64,000 bases of DNA from a virus. The notes under the pieces were generated by a model. The model did not search any database, was not told the DNA's origin, and was given only the letters and a program-made list of their open reading frames with translations. The DNA lies in IMG/VR virus record IMGVR_UViG_3300009374_000001, positions 1-64,000 of that record. One strand, 5' to 3'. Position 1 is the stretch's first letter; each line of letters begins with the position of its first letter. Both the position numbers and the translations under genes were made by a program. Below, piece after piece: positions 20,518 through 31,388 of this stretch.

Positions 20518-21138
20518 ATGTCAATTACAACAAAAGAGCTATCAGCAACAGCTTCATTATATCAGTCAAGATTTGATATTAACGAAAATTTTGCTATAGT
20601 AACAGATGCGATTAATGATGTACATGCGTATTTAGATGTAGATGCACAGATTTTAGACGGCATGACGAATGTTAAGTCAAATGCACTTTCAATTGGAGAT
20701 CAAGCAGATCCTTCATTTTCAGTGACATCAAGCTTAGCGTCATTTACATGTCCTATAACTTTTAATGATCTTGCAACATTTAATAAACCAGTTATTAGTC
20801 CATCATACGCAGATAAAACATTCGATGGCGGTTCTACATATACTTTAAGTGAAGTTTCAAGCGACCCAGATAACGTATATAAGCTTAAGGTTGCTAACGG
20901 AGACGGGAGCGACGTTAATGTAACTTTACCAGCTGGGGCAAACGGACAAAAAGTTATGCTAATCTCAGAAGATTCATCAGATTTTACAGGTAAAGAAATG
21001 ATTATAACATCAGATTCATTGTTATTGCCAGGTTCTAGTACTATGGTAAAATTTACAGGACAGAATCAAACTGCAACATTTATACAGGTAGATAACAACT
21101 GGTATTTGGAATCATCTTTTGGCATTACTGTAGCATAA
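20518..21138 (+). CDS. virion structural/fibre-associated protein
   Basis: SRFDINENF N-terminal motif; VTLPAGANGQKVML..NWYL beta-sandwich. Confidence 0.55.
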   Translation: MSITTKELSATASLYQSRFDINENFAIVTDAINDVHAYLDVDAQILDGMTNVKSNALSIGDQADPSFSVTSSLASFTCPITFNDLATFNKPVISPSYADKTFDGGSTYTLSEVSSDPDNVYKLKVANGDGSDVNVTLPAGANGQKVMLISEDSSDFTGKEMIITSDSLLLPGSSTMVKFTGQNQTATFIQVDNNWYLESSFGITVA

Positions 21139-21157
21139 ATAAAAGAAAATAATAACA

Positions 21158-23245
21158 ATGGCAACACCATTAATCAGAACATTACAAGTACAGGGCGGTA
21201 CTTTGTATGCATTTACATCAGCGTCGCAAGACTTGACTATGGCGTTTGGTAATGAAGATCTTAACTTTGAATTTTCAAAGTTTGCATTAATAGATATTCC
21301 AGATATGGATGTCCCTTCACAGGGTGAAAATTTCATACAGTTTAATACTATTGATGGAAGAATTTTTGATCAAGAACCAAACGATACTAACGTTGAGCTT
21401 GCTCAATCATTACAGAATTATGCATTAAATCTAGAATCATTATTATTAATAGATGATGATTATAATTCAGGTTTAAAGAGAACAGTAGCTGAGCGTGTAT
21501 TCTGGAAATGGATGAAAGAACTGGGGGCAATAAGATTTCAAGAAGCAAGCGCAGATGATACTTTATTAACAAACAAGTATAAAGAAGAAAATAGCGTAGA
21601 TAACCAATATAACCGCGTAGTAAAATATATGGGAGATATCGAAATAACAAACAACGTGAACTACGCAGGAAACTCGTATTCAGAATTATATCTAAATATA
21701 CCGAGTCATGTCGGTGCGCAACCTGCCATACTATTTGATACAATTTCAGATGCAAATTATTATCCATCAATGGCTGTACTAAATTCTAGCGAATATGTTT
21801 ATGGCAGAGATGATAGTACAATACATCCAGATGGGCTAAGTATTAGTGCATATTATGACTATGATGCACTAGTTAATTATGGTACAGCAGAGACTAGCGA
21901 TGGCACAGAAAATGCAAGATGGCATGAGGCATGGGAAGAAGACTCATATTATACAGATTTAACATTTGATAATGTAGAAAATGATTTAATTATAAAAGAT
22001 CATGCTGATTACCCAACAGCAGACTCATTTACAACTATAACATACAAGCGTAGTAAATTAGACGGAATAAGTCTCGATTGGAATCCTGAATCATATAAAG
22101 AGATTCAAGATGAAGTAAATATGGAAACTTTATATGACTATGCACAGGCAAGCAACTCAAGCTCATTTAAGTTTAATGCTGCTTTGATTTATTATGATTT
22201 ATACAATACATCTAATAGGGATGATTCTGTGACTAATTTGTATGGCATACTAATTTTAGATAACATATATGAGACTACGAATAAATCATACATTCAGCGA
22301 TATGATAAATTTAAGCCAGATGCAGTTACTAAACTTAATGGTAATGCATACGGGTTAAAAGTTAATATTAAATTCGATACAAGCATTGATAATGTAGCAA
22401 TAGAATCTAACATTAATGACTATAATACTATGTCAATGGATCTTTTTAATGATGCAAGTTTAATTATTCAAAATTCTGCGCACTTAGTTGAAAATATACA
22501 AGAACAAAGTAACTCATTCGCAGCTAGAATAGACAATTTAGAAGCACTAGCTTTTTCAAGCACAAATGTTGTAGAAATGCAAGCTAAGTTAGCTGAATTT
22601 GAACAATCATTAATAGATGCAAAGATGATGTATGATAGTGCAACTTCTTTAGTTGACTTGATAAGTCAAAATGCAAACGATATTACTGCATTAGCAGATG
22701 GAGCACTAAATAAAAATATTCAATATAATCTCGATGTATTTGAAGGAAGTGATGGTATTTCTATAAGCAAAGCTTCGCCTAATTCAATTAAAATCATTAA
22801 CAGAAATCAAGCATACAATATAAATAGATTTTATGAGTATGATAAAGATACAAATGAAAAGTTTAATGAAGTCACAGCAGCTTCACCGTTTTCATTATTG
22901 ACATCATCTAGTAAATCATTATACTTGAAGTTAATTCCGTTTACGAATATGGCAAGGGTAAGCGTTGAAGATTCTGCAAACGATAATCTTAATATTTACA
23001 TTGATGATTATATAAACAGATTTAAAAATGGTCAAACATTAAAAATTTCATGGAATAGCGAAATGGATTTGAATGGCTTTAATGTTAATATATTTACAGA
23101 TTCAAGAAATAGATTTAGAACTGGAACATACGGTAAAATTATAAAATCTATCTCAAATAGCAGTTTTATAACAAATAAACCAGTCATAGAAATTATATGT
23201 ATTAGTGAAAGTACATATGAGTTCGGCATAGACATTTTAAGATAA
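21158..23245 (+). CDS. virion structural protein (baseplate/fibre region)
   Basis: 695 aa, central coiled coil, structural-module context. Confidence 0.5.
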   Translation: MATPLIRTLQVQGGTLYAFTSASQDLTMAFGNEDLNFEFSKFALIDIPDMDVPSQGENFIQFNTIDGRIFDQEPNDTNVELAQSLQNYALNLESLLLIDDDYNSGLKRTVAERVFWKWMKELGAIRFQEASADDTLLTNKYKEENSVDNQYNRVVKYMGDIEITNNVNYAGNSYSELYLNIPSHVGAQPAILFDTISDANYYPSMAVLNSSEYVYGRDDSTIHPDGLSISAYYDYDALVNYGTAETSDGTENARWHEAWEEDSYYTDLTFDNVENDLIIKDHADYPTADSFTTITYKRSKLDGISLDWNPESYKEIQDEVNMETLYDYAQASNSSSFKFNAALIYYDLYNTSNRDDSVTNLYGILILDNIYETTNKSYIQRYDKFKPDAVTKLNGNAYGLKVNIKFDTSIDNVAIESNINDYNTMSMDLFNDASLIIQNSAHLVENIQEQSNSFAARIDNLEALAFSSTNVVEMQAKLAEFEQSLIDAKMMYDSATSLVDLISQNANDITALADGALNKNIQYNLDVFEGSDGISISKASPNSIKIINRNQAYNINRFYEYDKDTNEKFNEVTAASPFSLLTSSSKSLYLKLIPFTNMARVSVEDSANDNLNIYIDDYINRFKNGQTLKISWNSEMDLNGFNVNIFTDSRNRFRTGTYGKIIKSISNSSFITNKPVIEIICISESTYEFGIDILR

Positions 23246-23257
23246 AAATAATAAAAG

Positions 23258-26200
23258 ATGGCAAATAACACAATAAATTCAGACGGTGATATTATAACAG
23301 AAAACCCTGTAACAGATATCCCTACAAATTCGTTAGCTAGTAAAGTTGCACAGTATGTAAGATTAAACACAAATGCAATAGATACTTATTCTAAGATTAG
23401 CGAAGCAGTTTATTCTGACAAAGATAACGTCACGCTTACGATATTGAAAGATGATCATTCAAGAGTAAATATCAATATACCTACATTTGGGTGGATGGTG
23501 AAAGAACTTGAAAGACTTAACTTGAATTTTGAAAATTTATCAAGTTTTTCAGGGCAAGAAGTTGCTGTTCAATTAGCAGACGGGACATTTCAAAAAGTAA
23601 TAAAATCAGAATTGCTAAAAGAAGCAAATGATATCTCAGGGCTAGAAGTTCCAAGTAAATTTAATACTAAATCAAACTGGTTCTTTGAAGACTTTTTAAA
23701 TCCACAGCTCTATATAGCGCTTGACTTTTCAGATAAAATTGACATCGCAACAGAAGATGTTAAAGTAAAAAGGTATATTCTTGATTTAAGTGAAAGCGTT
23801 ATACAAGAACACTTTGATAATAATTTCAAAGGAAGCTCCTCTATTAATCATGATTTGTTTAACAGCTTTTTAACTGATAATAACATATCATATGAATTAG
23901 ATGAAGATATTGTTAAAATGCCACCAAGAACAGTTAATTATGAGGGTAATTTTTCAGTTATATCAATACTTAAAGACGCTAATGATAATAAAAACATTTA
24001 TCAATTAAATAAACTTTCATACACAGATTTAAAGAGTGGAGTAAGTGACGGTTTGATGATAAACACAGGAGATACATTAAAGCTCAATAATACTAATACA
24101 AGATATACAATTACAGCTATTGATAAAGCTACTAAAACTATTAAAGTTAATTTAATGGACGGGAGAGATATACTCAAGGTAGGAGCAAATGTTCTATCAA
24201 TCTATAAGGGATATGAGAGTGATTTATCAACTAATATAAATATAGGATTTGATGAAAATTTAGTTATATTCGTTAAGGGAATCAATCCAATTAGTAAAAT
24301 AGAGTCGAAGCACTGGTCAAATGGTATTGGATTTAGTAGTAATGAACTAACGATTATAGATAGTGCTGGTAAACATATGAGCTTAGCAGATTATTATGAT
24401 GAATATGTCGTAGACTTCGGTAGATTTATACATTCATATCAATTAGATAATGTCCCGCCATCAGCATTTGGAGTTACTCCAAATGCACCAGAACTTGATA
24501 GTAGAGATTTTAGAGTAACATCTATTAACGATCATCTTACAGGTTCTGATGCATTTAAAAATGTACAAGATTTACAATCAACGAAAGAAGAAGCAGAGAG
24601 TAAGGTTAAAGCATTCGATACAGAGCTTAAAGCTCAACGAGATCTAATGAGTAACAAAGAGTACTCGACAGATGCTGAATATCAAGCAGATAGAACTGTA
24701 TATAGAAGTTTAGTAAATGACCGTGAAACTGAAAGCACGCTATTTGCTTCAGTTGTAAGGGATATTAAAAGTACTATTAATGATACTAATTTAGTTAACG
24801 TAAGCCCAAAGTACAGAGTTCGTGGTTTTTGGGAGATTCCACAAGCACAAACTCATAAATCTACAGGAGACCAGAAAGTTATAGGGTTTATACTTAACTA
24901 TAGATATTTAACAAAGTCTGGAGATTCTAGCAATACTGAAACATTTGACTTTGGTAGTGAAGATTCAAAGAAGCGTGGTACATTTTCTGATTGGATCGAA
25001 ATGAAATCACCAGTATTAATACGAGCACTAAATGCATCAGGTAAATACGAATGGGTTAGTAGCTCAGTTGAGAATGGAGATCTTATAAATATCAATCAAC
25101 TAGATATTCCGATTAACTATGGTGAAACTGTAGAAGTTAGAATTAAATCAGTTTCAGAAGCAGGCTATCCAAGTAATTCTATGATGTCAGAATGGAGCAA
25201 CTCAATTAGAATTAATTTCCCTGATTCTTTAAATAAGTTAACACCACTAGGCTCTATTATAAAGGAAAATTTACAAGATTTATCTAAAATCAAAATGTGG
25301 GAAGAGCTACAGGGCTTAGGCGTTTTTAGCCATGTAGAATCATCTTATAAATCAGGAGGTAAAGAGTATTTGCATGATGCAAATTCAATTTCATCTGGCT
25401 TCTTTACACCAGAACAAAGCCCAATAGCATTATATGATAAGCTTAACGAATTATCAAATATGATTAGCCAGTTGCAAACAGAATTAAGTAAAACTAAAGG
25501 CGAAATGAGTGTTAAAGTAATTGCTCCAGATGGTACTATTATTCCAGTTAAGATAAATGGAACTACAAACATTTTTGCAGGATTTTATAAGAATGACGTA
25601 GAAGGCATGGCTATTAAAAAAGGTGCAATTATTAGTAAAGAATATGAAGTGGTTATAGAAAATATACAAGCTGGACCAGTCGAACTTGCAAGTTTACTCC
25701 CAGGGAGTGTAAATACAGAAATTTACTCATCTGGAGATTTTTTCAATAATGGTAATGAAGTTTCATCTGTAGTCGACAATAACTTATATTTTATGAATAA
25801 CGGGAGATATGACTATGTGCCTGTTAATTATATGTCTGAGCTAGATCAATTACAACCATATCAGGGAAGACAGACAAATGGACAGAGCGTGTATGTAAGA
25901 CTTAAGTCTATCGATGGTGCGCATAATAACTATTCAGATATTGATTTAGATACAAATTCTGTTCCAGCAAATGCAAATAGAAATAATTATGAATACAGTG
26001 CAGATTCTATTCCAAGTACAGAAGTTGGAGGTAGCACAGCATTTATATGGAAGTATAAATATTTTAACATGCACCCAGAGTTAATAGACACAAGCAATGT
26101 AAATGATTATGCTAATTCTTTATATGTGCATAAAGATCACCCTATTGTAGCAGACTATCACCCTGCAGCATTTGAATATAGCGCAGAAGTTACAACAGCA

Positions 26201-26707
26201 TTGTCAGATATAAATACAAACGGCAAAATTGTTCATAATAAGTATTTTAAAACAACGCTCAATAACGCATATTTTAATGACGGAAATAGAGCAATGAAGT
26301 CACAATTTGTTGAAAACGATCAATATCTACTAGGCGGCAGAAGCTGCGGGTGTTATCTTTTTGTCAAATTAAACAACAAAGAAAGTTTAAATATTGGAGG
26401 TGAAACTCAATTCTCATATAAAAATATAGCAATGGGCTCAGAAAATGCAATAAGATTTCCTATAGTATTTCAATACAGAATGACAGATTATTCTGGAGCG
26501 AATGATGGTGGCTCTGGCTTTATAGACGGAGATCCAGAAAATTCAGGCTTTTTACAATACAACAAAACAATAGGTTTTGATATTAAAGAAAAAGATAATG
26601 ATATTACAAGCTTTGATTTGAAATTTAATGTAACGTATAAAGAACTAGGATTTGGGAGTACGAAATTTAGCCCACAGGACTTAGGTAACACCGGCGGTGA
26701 ACAATAA
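23258..26707 (+). CDS. large virion structural protein with coiled coil and FN3-like domain
   Basis: 1149 aa; VEVRIKSVSEAGYP..SEWSNSI is an FN3-like C-terminal strand pattern. Confidence 0.55.
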   Translation: MANNTINSDGDIITENPVTDIPTNSLASKVAQYVRLNTNAIDTYSKISEAVYSDKDNVTLTILKDDHSRVNINIPTFGWMVKELERLNLNFENLSSFSGQEVAVQLADGTFQKVIKSELLKEANDISGLEVPSKFNTKSNWFFEDFLNPQLYIALDFSDKIDIATEDVKVKRYILDLSESVIQEHFDNNFKGSSSINHDLFNSFLTDNNISYELDEDIVKMPPRTVNYEGNFSVISILKDANDNKNIYQLNKLSYTDLKSGVSDGLMINTGDTLKLNNTNTRYTITAIDKATKTIKVNLMDGRDILKVGANVLSIYKGYESDLSTNINIGFDENLVIFVKGINPISKIESKHWSNGIGFSSNELTIIDSAGKHMSLADYYDEYVVDFGRFIHSYQLDNVPPSAFGVTPNAPELDSRDFRVTSINDHLTGSDAFKNVQDLQSTKEEAESKVKAFDTELKAQRDLMSNKEYSTDAEYQADRTVYRSLVNDRETESTLFASVVRDIKSTINDTNLVNVSPKYRVRGFWEIPQAQTHKSTGDQKVIGFILNYRYLTKSGDSSNTETFDFGSEDSKKRGTFSDWIEMKSPVLIRALNASGKYEWVSSSVENGDLININQLDIPINYGETVEVRIKSVSEAGYPSNSMMSEWSNSIRINFPDSLNKLTPLGSIIKENLQDLSKIKMWEELQGLGVFSHVESSYKSGGKEYLHDANSISSGFFTPEQSPIALYDKLNELSNMISQLQTELSKTKGEMSVKVIAPDGTIIPVKINGTTNIFAGFYKNDVEGMAIKKGAIISKEYEVVIENIQAGPVELASLLPGSVNTEIYSSGDFFNNGNEVSSVVDNNLYFMNNGRYDYVPVNYMSELDQLQPYQGRQTNGQSVYVRLKSIDGAHNNYSDIDLDTNSVPANANRNNYEYSADSIPSTEVGGSTAFIWKYKYFNMHPELIDTSNVNDYANSLYVHKDHPIVADYHPAAFEYSAEVTTALSDINTNGKIVHNKYFKTTLNNAYFNDGNRAMKSQFVENDQYLLGGRSCGCYLFVKLNNKESLNIGGETQFSYKNIAMGSENAIRFPIVFQYRMTDYSGANDGGSGFIDGDPENSGFLQYNKTIGFDIKEKDNDITSFDLKFNVTYKELGFGSTKFSPQDLGNTGGEQ

Positions 26708-26725
26708 AAATAATATTTAAATATA

Positions 26726-29700
26726 GTGAATGTAGATTTAACTCATGATGCATCATTTCAACTATTACGAACAAATCCTAAGTTAACTGGAAACGTTAAA
26801 CTGATTGCTAATAGTTCAAATGATATTTTTTTAGAAGCTTTTGATGTTGGGAGTGCTTTAAGTAAAAAGAAGTATAAAAAGTACCCAGTATCAAGTTCTG
26901 GAAAGTATGAAGAAGACTTGATTCGTTTTTATGATAACGGAAATTTATCTCTAAAGAATATTTTTGAAATTGAAAATATACAATTAGATGTAAAGCGCAA
27001 GTTTAATTCACAGTATTATACGAAATATTGGTCTGGTGGTGATTACGCTCCAAATTACTATGATGAAAATTTTAGCTATTTTGCTCCACTATGGCTTAAT
27101 AAAAATGTTCCAGATTATTTTATAATTTTTAGAAATGAAGATAGTTTAACAGAGCATATTGATGAATCTAATTTATTTGAAAAATCAACAATTGTTAAAA
27201 CATTTAGTCTAAAGGAAGATAGTTCAATAGGGAAGTATATAAGAAGCTACTCAGATAGGCTTTTTCAATACTCAGATGCTCTATCAATTTCATTTAATAA
27301 AAATATAGGTGCAACTATTACAGGCATCGATGTAACTAAGGGTGGTTTTGTCAATAAAAGCGAAATAATAAACAGCAATTTTATATCGACAGACGGGAGC
27401 ATTATTAACGATGATGAATATATTACTTTAGGGTTTGAACGAAATGGGTTAGCAATTGGAAATATCTTGAATCTTGAATTTATGTTTAACGATGAAAATG
27501 CTGAAATTTTTAAGCCTTATAGATATTTCGGTTTATATATATCTGAGAATGAACTCGGGACTTTTAGATTAGACGGCTCAGCTGCGCTACGTGATATAGA
27601 TAATGAAAAAAATCAAATACCTAAAATTTCTAGCGAGTATGACACTAATGAAACAAATTTAAGTGACTTTATCCAAGCGAATATAGACGGAATAGCAGTA
27701 TATCCAGAATATGAATCTACGCCAAAGTCTCAATATATGAGTGATAAGCCAAGTTATTTAATCCCGAATGAAGAAGACTTGCAGTTTAACTCAGTATTTT
27801 ATTTAAAAGGAAAAAGCGGTGATTTTTATAATTTTAAGAATAATTCTGATAGTAGCTTTAAGAAGATTAGACTTGCAGCTAACAAAATTAACTGGAAAGA
27901 TTTAACAGGTGGTAATGAAATAGTACTATCAGCGCATGTACAGCAGAATAATATAAATGGTATAGCAAGATTTGAATTTGCAATGAAAGATGCTCCTAAG
28001 CATGGTGATAGATTTTTTATAGCTAGACCTAAAAGACAATCATATGAACTAATTCTTTCAAATGTTTCTGAGTTTGACACTATTAGAATAGCATATACAG
28101 AAAAAGATTACATCGATTTTGCAATACCACCAGATTCAGGAGATATTTTAGGTGAAGCATATCAAGCTTGCATAGATGCATGGGAATCTACGCCTGTTCT
28201 TGAATTTACAAAGTACCAAGTTTCTAGACAGGGAGATAAGCTTGTAATTCTTGAAAATGATTTTCACGGAGAAGACTCAGATTTTAATGTTAGTAATTTA
28301 TCAGGCGGAGATACCTCATGTACTTTAAATAAATTGGTATCATCAGAATTTAAAAAATATGTAGTAACTGCTATTGATCATAATCTTATAAGCGAGGGTG
28401 AATTATTAACGCTTAAAAGAGGCAAGCATTTAAATAAATTCTTTTCTAATCAAGGTACTCTTAAAGAAGTTACTAATGCACTTGTTGATGCATTAAACGA
28501 GGGTGAAAATCTCCCATATAAAGTTATTATCATAGATAAAAATTCACATAAAATTCTTGCTACTGCAAAGAGCGATGGTGAAAGATCAAATTCTATAATA
28601 TTTGGAGAATATAAATTGAATACTGGAGATTCTATAAGTTTAGAATTTCAAGCAATATCTCAGCATAACATCGATGGATATAATAGCTGGAGTTTTATTG
28701 GCGGGAGTGATTCCCCATATAATAAAATAACAATAGATAAAGATTTGTTTTCAGCATTTAATGAAGATGAGAAATTTATAAGGGGAATTAGACCGCCAAG
28801 TAGAGATAACGAGCTACTCCAGATAGCATACGTATGTTCTTATATCGACGAACCAATATATGATACGCTAAACAACATAATAGATTTTAGAGATATTGAT
28901 ACAAAGGTAACAGTTTATACAGAAAAAAATACAAAAATATACATAGACTCAACAGAATCAATTGGCTTGTATGAGCTATATAACATACCATTTGGTGCAC
29001 TATCTATATTTAAAGTAAAAGACTTTGATTTTAATTTCTATAGCACAGAATATAGTATTTCCGATGAATTGAAAAGTGAATTAATTTTTTATAAAGACAT
29101 TTTTAATAATGCGACTAATAACAACCCAGATATAGAATACTTTATAAATAACGTAGGCTTTAATTCTGTCAACACAGTTGATTCAAATGGAACGATAATA
29201 CCAGCAGAAAATGAGTATACATTGTTTAATGAAAATGCAGGAAATAATAAGCATAAGTCTAGAATAAATCCATATATTACTAAATGGTCATCATTATCAA
29301 ATACAGATTCTAGATTAAATCCGCATAGATTAAATTCTTCGATAGCATTTAGTAATGCAGGCATTTTGCCAATCACAAAGGCAGATGAACGACTTTCTTT
29401 TGCATTTACGCACGAATGGTTCTATCTTCATACAATGCCAAATTGGCTAGGAGCGGTTGATTTAGAATTAAACGATATTAAAAACTATTTTGACTATGCG
29501 ATAGACATAAGCGAAGATGGCTTATATAATAGCAATGTCAATTACTTTGAAAAGTACTTCACGATTAATACACTAAGGAAAGTTATTTTAGATGATTTAG
29601 CAAATCCATATAGTGCAACTGTAACTAGAGGAGAACAGGAAGTTGTAGAAACTCAGCATAGATATAGCAAAGTTAATGCACATGGTGAAACTATTTTTAG

Positions 29701-31387
29701 AGGAGTAAAGTTTAAAATTAGCAATACCATCCCATCTAACGGTGATATTAATGAAACTAACTATAATAACTATAAGTTTTCTGCTATTCTTATTCCTCAC
29801 GACGGCACTAACTATGGAGAAGATAAGAAGCGTTTTGAAATTAAAATCATAATGAATAAAAAGTTTAAAAATATAACATTCTTAGTATTTTTACAGCTTG
29901 ACCACTTCATGACAGACTTTGCAGTTGATAGAACGTTACTTTACTCATTAGATACTTTTTATGAAGATTTATCTGGTACATCAGTAGGTGATTTACAAAT
30001 CCAAGGCATTATTGACTGTAGAGCTGAAGAAATTAGCGGCACAGATTTTTTAAATGGGATTGTTAAAGGCAGCTATGACGATAGAGGAATGCCAAGCAGA
30101 TTTAAAGAAGATATTAAGCTTAATGAAGAGGGCGTGTTTAATTCAATTAGAATAGATTATTTAGATTTAATATTTGACGTTGATAAAGTTATTTCAAATG
30201 GTGAACTAAGTTGTAGCAATTTTAGATATATTTCAACTGGAGAAATTGCATCACAGCCAACTACTATATCAAATTCAATATTAAGAGAATCAGAGTATGT
30301 TTATGAAAATGGTAGATTTAAAGCTGCATCTGGCATTTTAAGTAATTTAGCGATTGGGAACGTAGCTAAATTGCTAGCAGAAAACTCAGATTTTATTTCG
30401 TATGAAACTATTGATGAAAATGGAATTCTTTCGCAAAGCCAGTATAGCGTATCAGTAATTGACCAGACTGCATATTCAACAGCATTTGGAGATTTATATA
30501 GATATGGAGATAAATTTATGCCTAAGTTTAATGATGTAATTAGAACGTCCCATTATAGAATTAATGAATTTGATAATGCTGAAATAACTGAGAATGATAG
30601 AAACGCTGTTATATTTAATGCATTTAAAAATAGAAGCACAGAAGTTTTTAATGATATAGGTGGTGCTTTAATAGAAGGGCTATCATATAATGCCGTGATG
30701 AATAATTATATACCAAGCAACGGGGGTGTGCTAGGTTTAATAGACCCTGTAAGAATGAAAGATTTAAACGTTTTTGATAGCACATGGGCCAATGGCTATT
30801 ACACGCAAAGCTACTCTGTTAATAAACATGTTCTACAGAACGACATTCCAAATTTACTAGAGCATAAGGCGATGTTTGGCTCTAAGATGATAAATTTAAT
30901 TGATGAATTCGAAGCTGAGTACTTTATAGCAGATGAATTAACTTACACAGAATTAAATGAAGTAAGGTATATAGAAGGTGGAAGTAATATTAGATATGCT
31001 GAAACGCAAACACAGATACTATTAGATATAGACGTAACAAAAATAGCAATAAATGCTATATATGATACGTTTGTTAAGAACACGCTAAGCTTATATTTAA
31101 ATGAAAGAGATAGTAAAGAATATATTTTTAATAATTTATTGGATAAATATAATGTAGAAAGTATACAACTATATTCTGTTATTTCAACTGATGCAAATTT
31201 AAATGAGAGTTTACCGGTAGTTAACTTTCTAAATATGAATGACAAACTTAACTTAGGATATTCAATAAATAATAATTATAGTACTGAACAGTCTATAAAA
31301 AATAAATATGATGTGAGAATTATAGTTAATAAAACTAAAGGCTATAACTATTCATTTTCACCTACAATAAAAATGATAAAGATTTAA
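26726..31387 (+). CDS. very large putative virion structural protein
   Basis: 1553-aa ORF (GTG start) inside the tail module. Confidence 0.5.
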   Translation: MNVDLTHDASFQLLRTNPKLTGNVKLIANSSNDIFLEAFDVGSALSKKKYKKYPVSSSGKYEEDLIRFYDNGNLSLKNIFEIENIQLDVKRKFNSQYYTKYWSGGDYAPNYYDENFSYFAPLWLNKNVPDYFIIFRNEDSLTEHIDESNLFEKSTIVKTFSLKEDSSIGKYIRSYSDRLFQYSDALSISFNKNIGATITGIDVTKGGFVNKSEIINSNFISTDGSIINDDEYITLGFERNGLAIGNILNLEFMFNDENAEIFKPYRYFGLYISENELGTFRLDGSAALRDIDNEKNQIPKISSEYDTNETNLSDFIQANIDGIAVYPEYESTPKSQYMSDKPSYLIPNEEDLQFNSVFYLKGKSGDFYNFKNNSDSSFKKIRLAANKINWKDLTGGNEIVLSAHVQQNNINGIARFEFAMKDAPKHGDRFFIARPKRQSYELILSNVSEFDTIRIAYTEKDYIDFAIPPDSGDILGEAYQACIDAWESTPVLEFTKYQVSRQGDKLVILENDFHGEDSDFNVSNLSGGDTSCTLNKLVSSEFKKYVVTAIDHNLISEGELLTLKRGKHLNKFFSNQGTLKEVTNALVDALNEGENLPYKVIIIDKNSHKILATAKSDGERSNSIIFGEYKLNTGDSISLEFQAISQHNIDGYNSWSFIGGSDSPYNKITIDKDLFSAFNEDEKFIRGIRPPSRDNELLQIAYVCSYIDEPIYDTLNNIIDFRDIDTKVTVYTEKNTKIYIDSTESIGLYELYNIPFGALSIFKVKDFDFNFYSTEYSISDELKSELIFYKDIFNNATNNNPDIEYFINNVGFNSVNTVDSNGTIIPAENEYTLFNENAGNNKHKSRINPYITKWSSLSNTDSRLNPHRLNSSIAFSNAGILPITKADERLSFAFTHEWFYLHTMPNWLGAVDLELNDIKNYFDYAIDISEDGLYNSNVNYFEKYFTINTLRKVILDDLANPYSATVTRGEQEVVETQHRYSKVNAHGETIFRGVKFKISNTIPSNGDINETNYNNYKFSAILIPHDGTNYGEDKKRFEIKIIMNKKFKNITFLVFLQLDHFMTDFAVDRTLLYSLDTFYEDLSGTSVGDLQIQGIIDCRAEEISGTDFLNGIVKGSYDDRGMPSRFKEDIKLNEEGVFNSIRIDYLDLIFDVDKVISNGELSCSNFRYISTGEIASQPTTISNSILRESEYVYENGRFKAASGILSNLAIGNVAKLLAENSDFISYETIDENGILSQSQYSVSVIDQTAYSTAFGDLYRYGDKFMPKFNDVIRTSHYRINEFDNAEITENDRNAVIFNAFKNRSTEVFNDIGGALIEGLSYNAVMNNYIPSNGGVLGLIDPVRMKDLNVFDSTWANGYYTQSYSVNKHVLQNDIPNLLEHKAMFGSKMINLIDEFEAEYFIADELTYTELNEVRYIEGGSNIRYAETQTQILLDIDVTKIAINAIYDTFVKNTLSLYLNERDSKEYIFNNLLDKYNVESIQLYSVISTDANLNESLPVVNFLNMNDKLNLGYSINNNYSTEQSIKNKYDVRIIVNKTKGYNYSFSPTIKMIKI

Positions 31388-31388
31388 T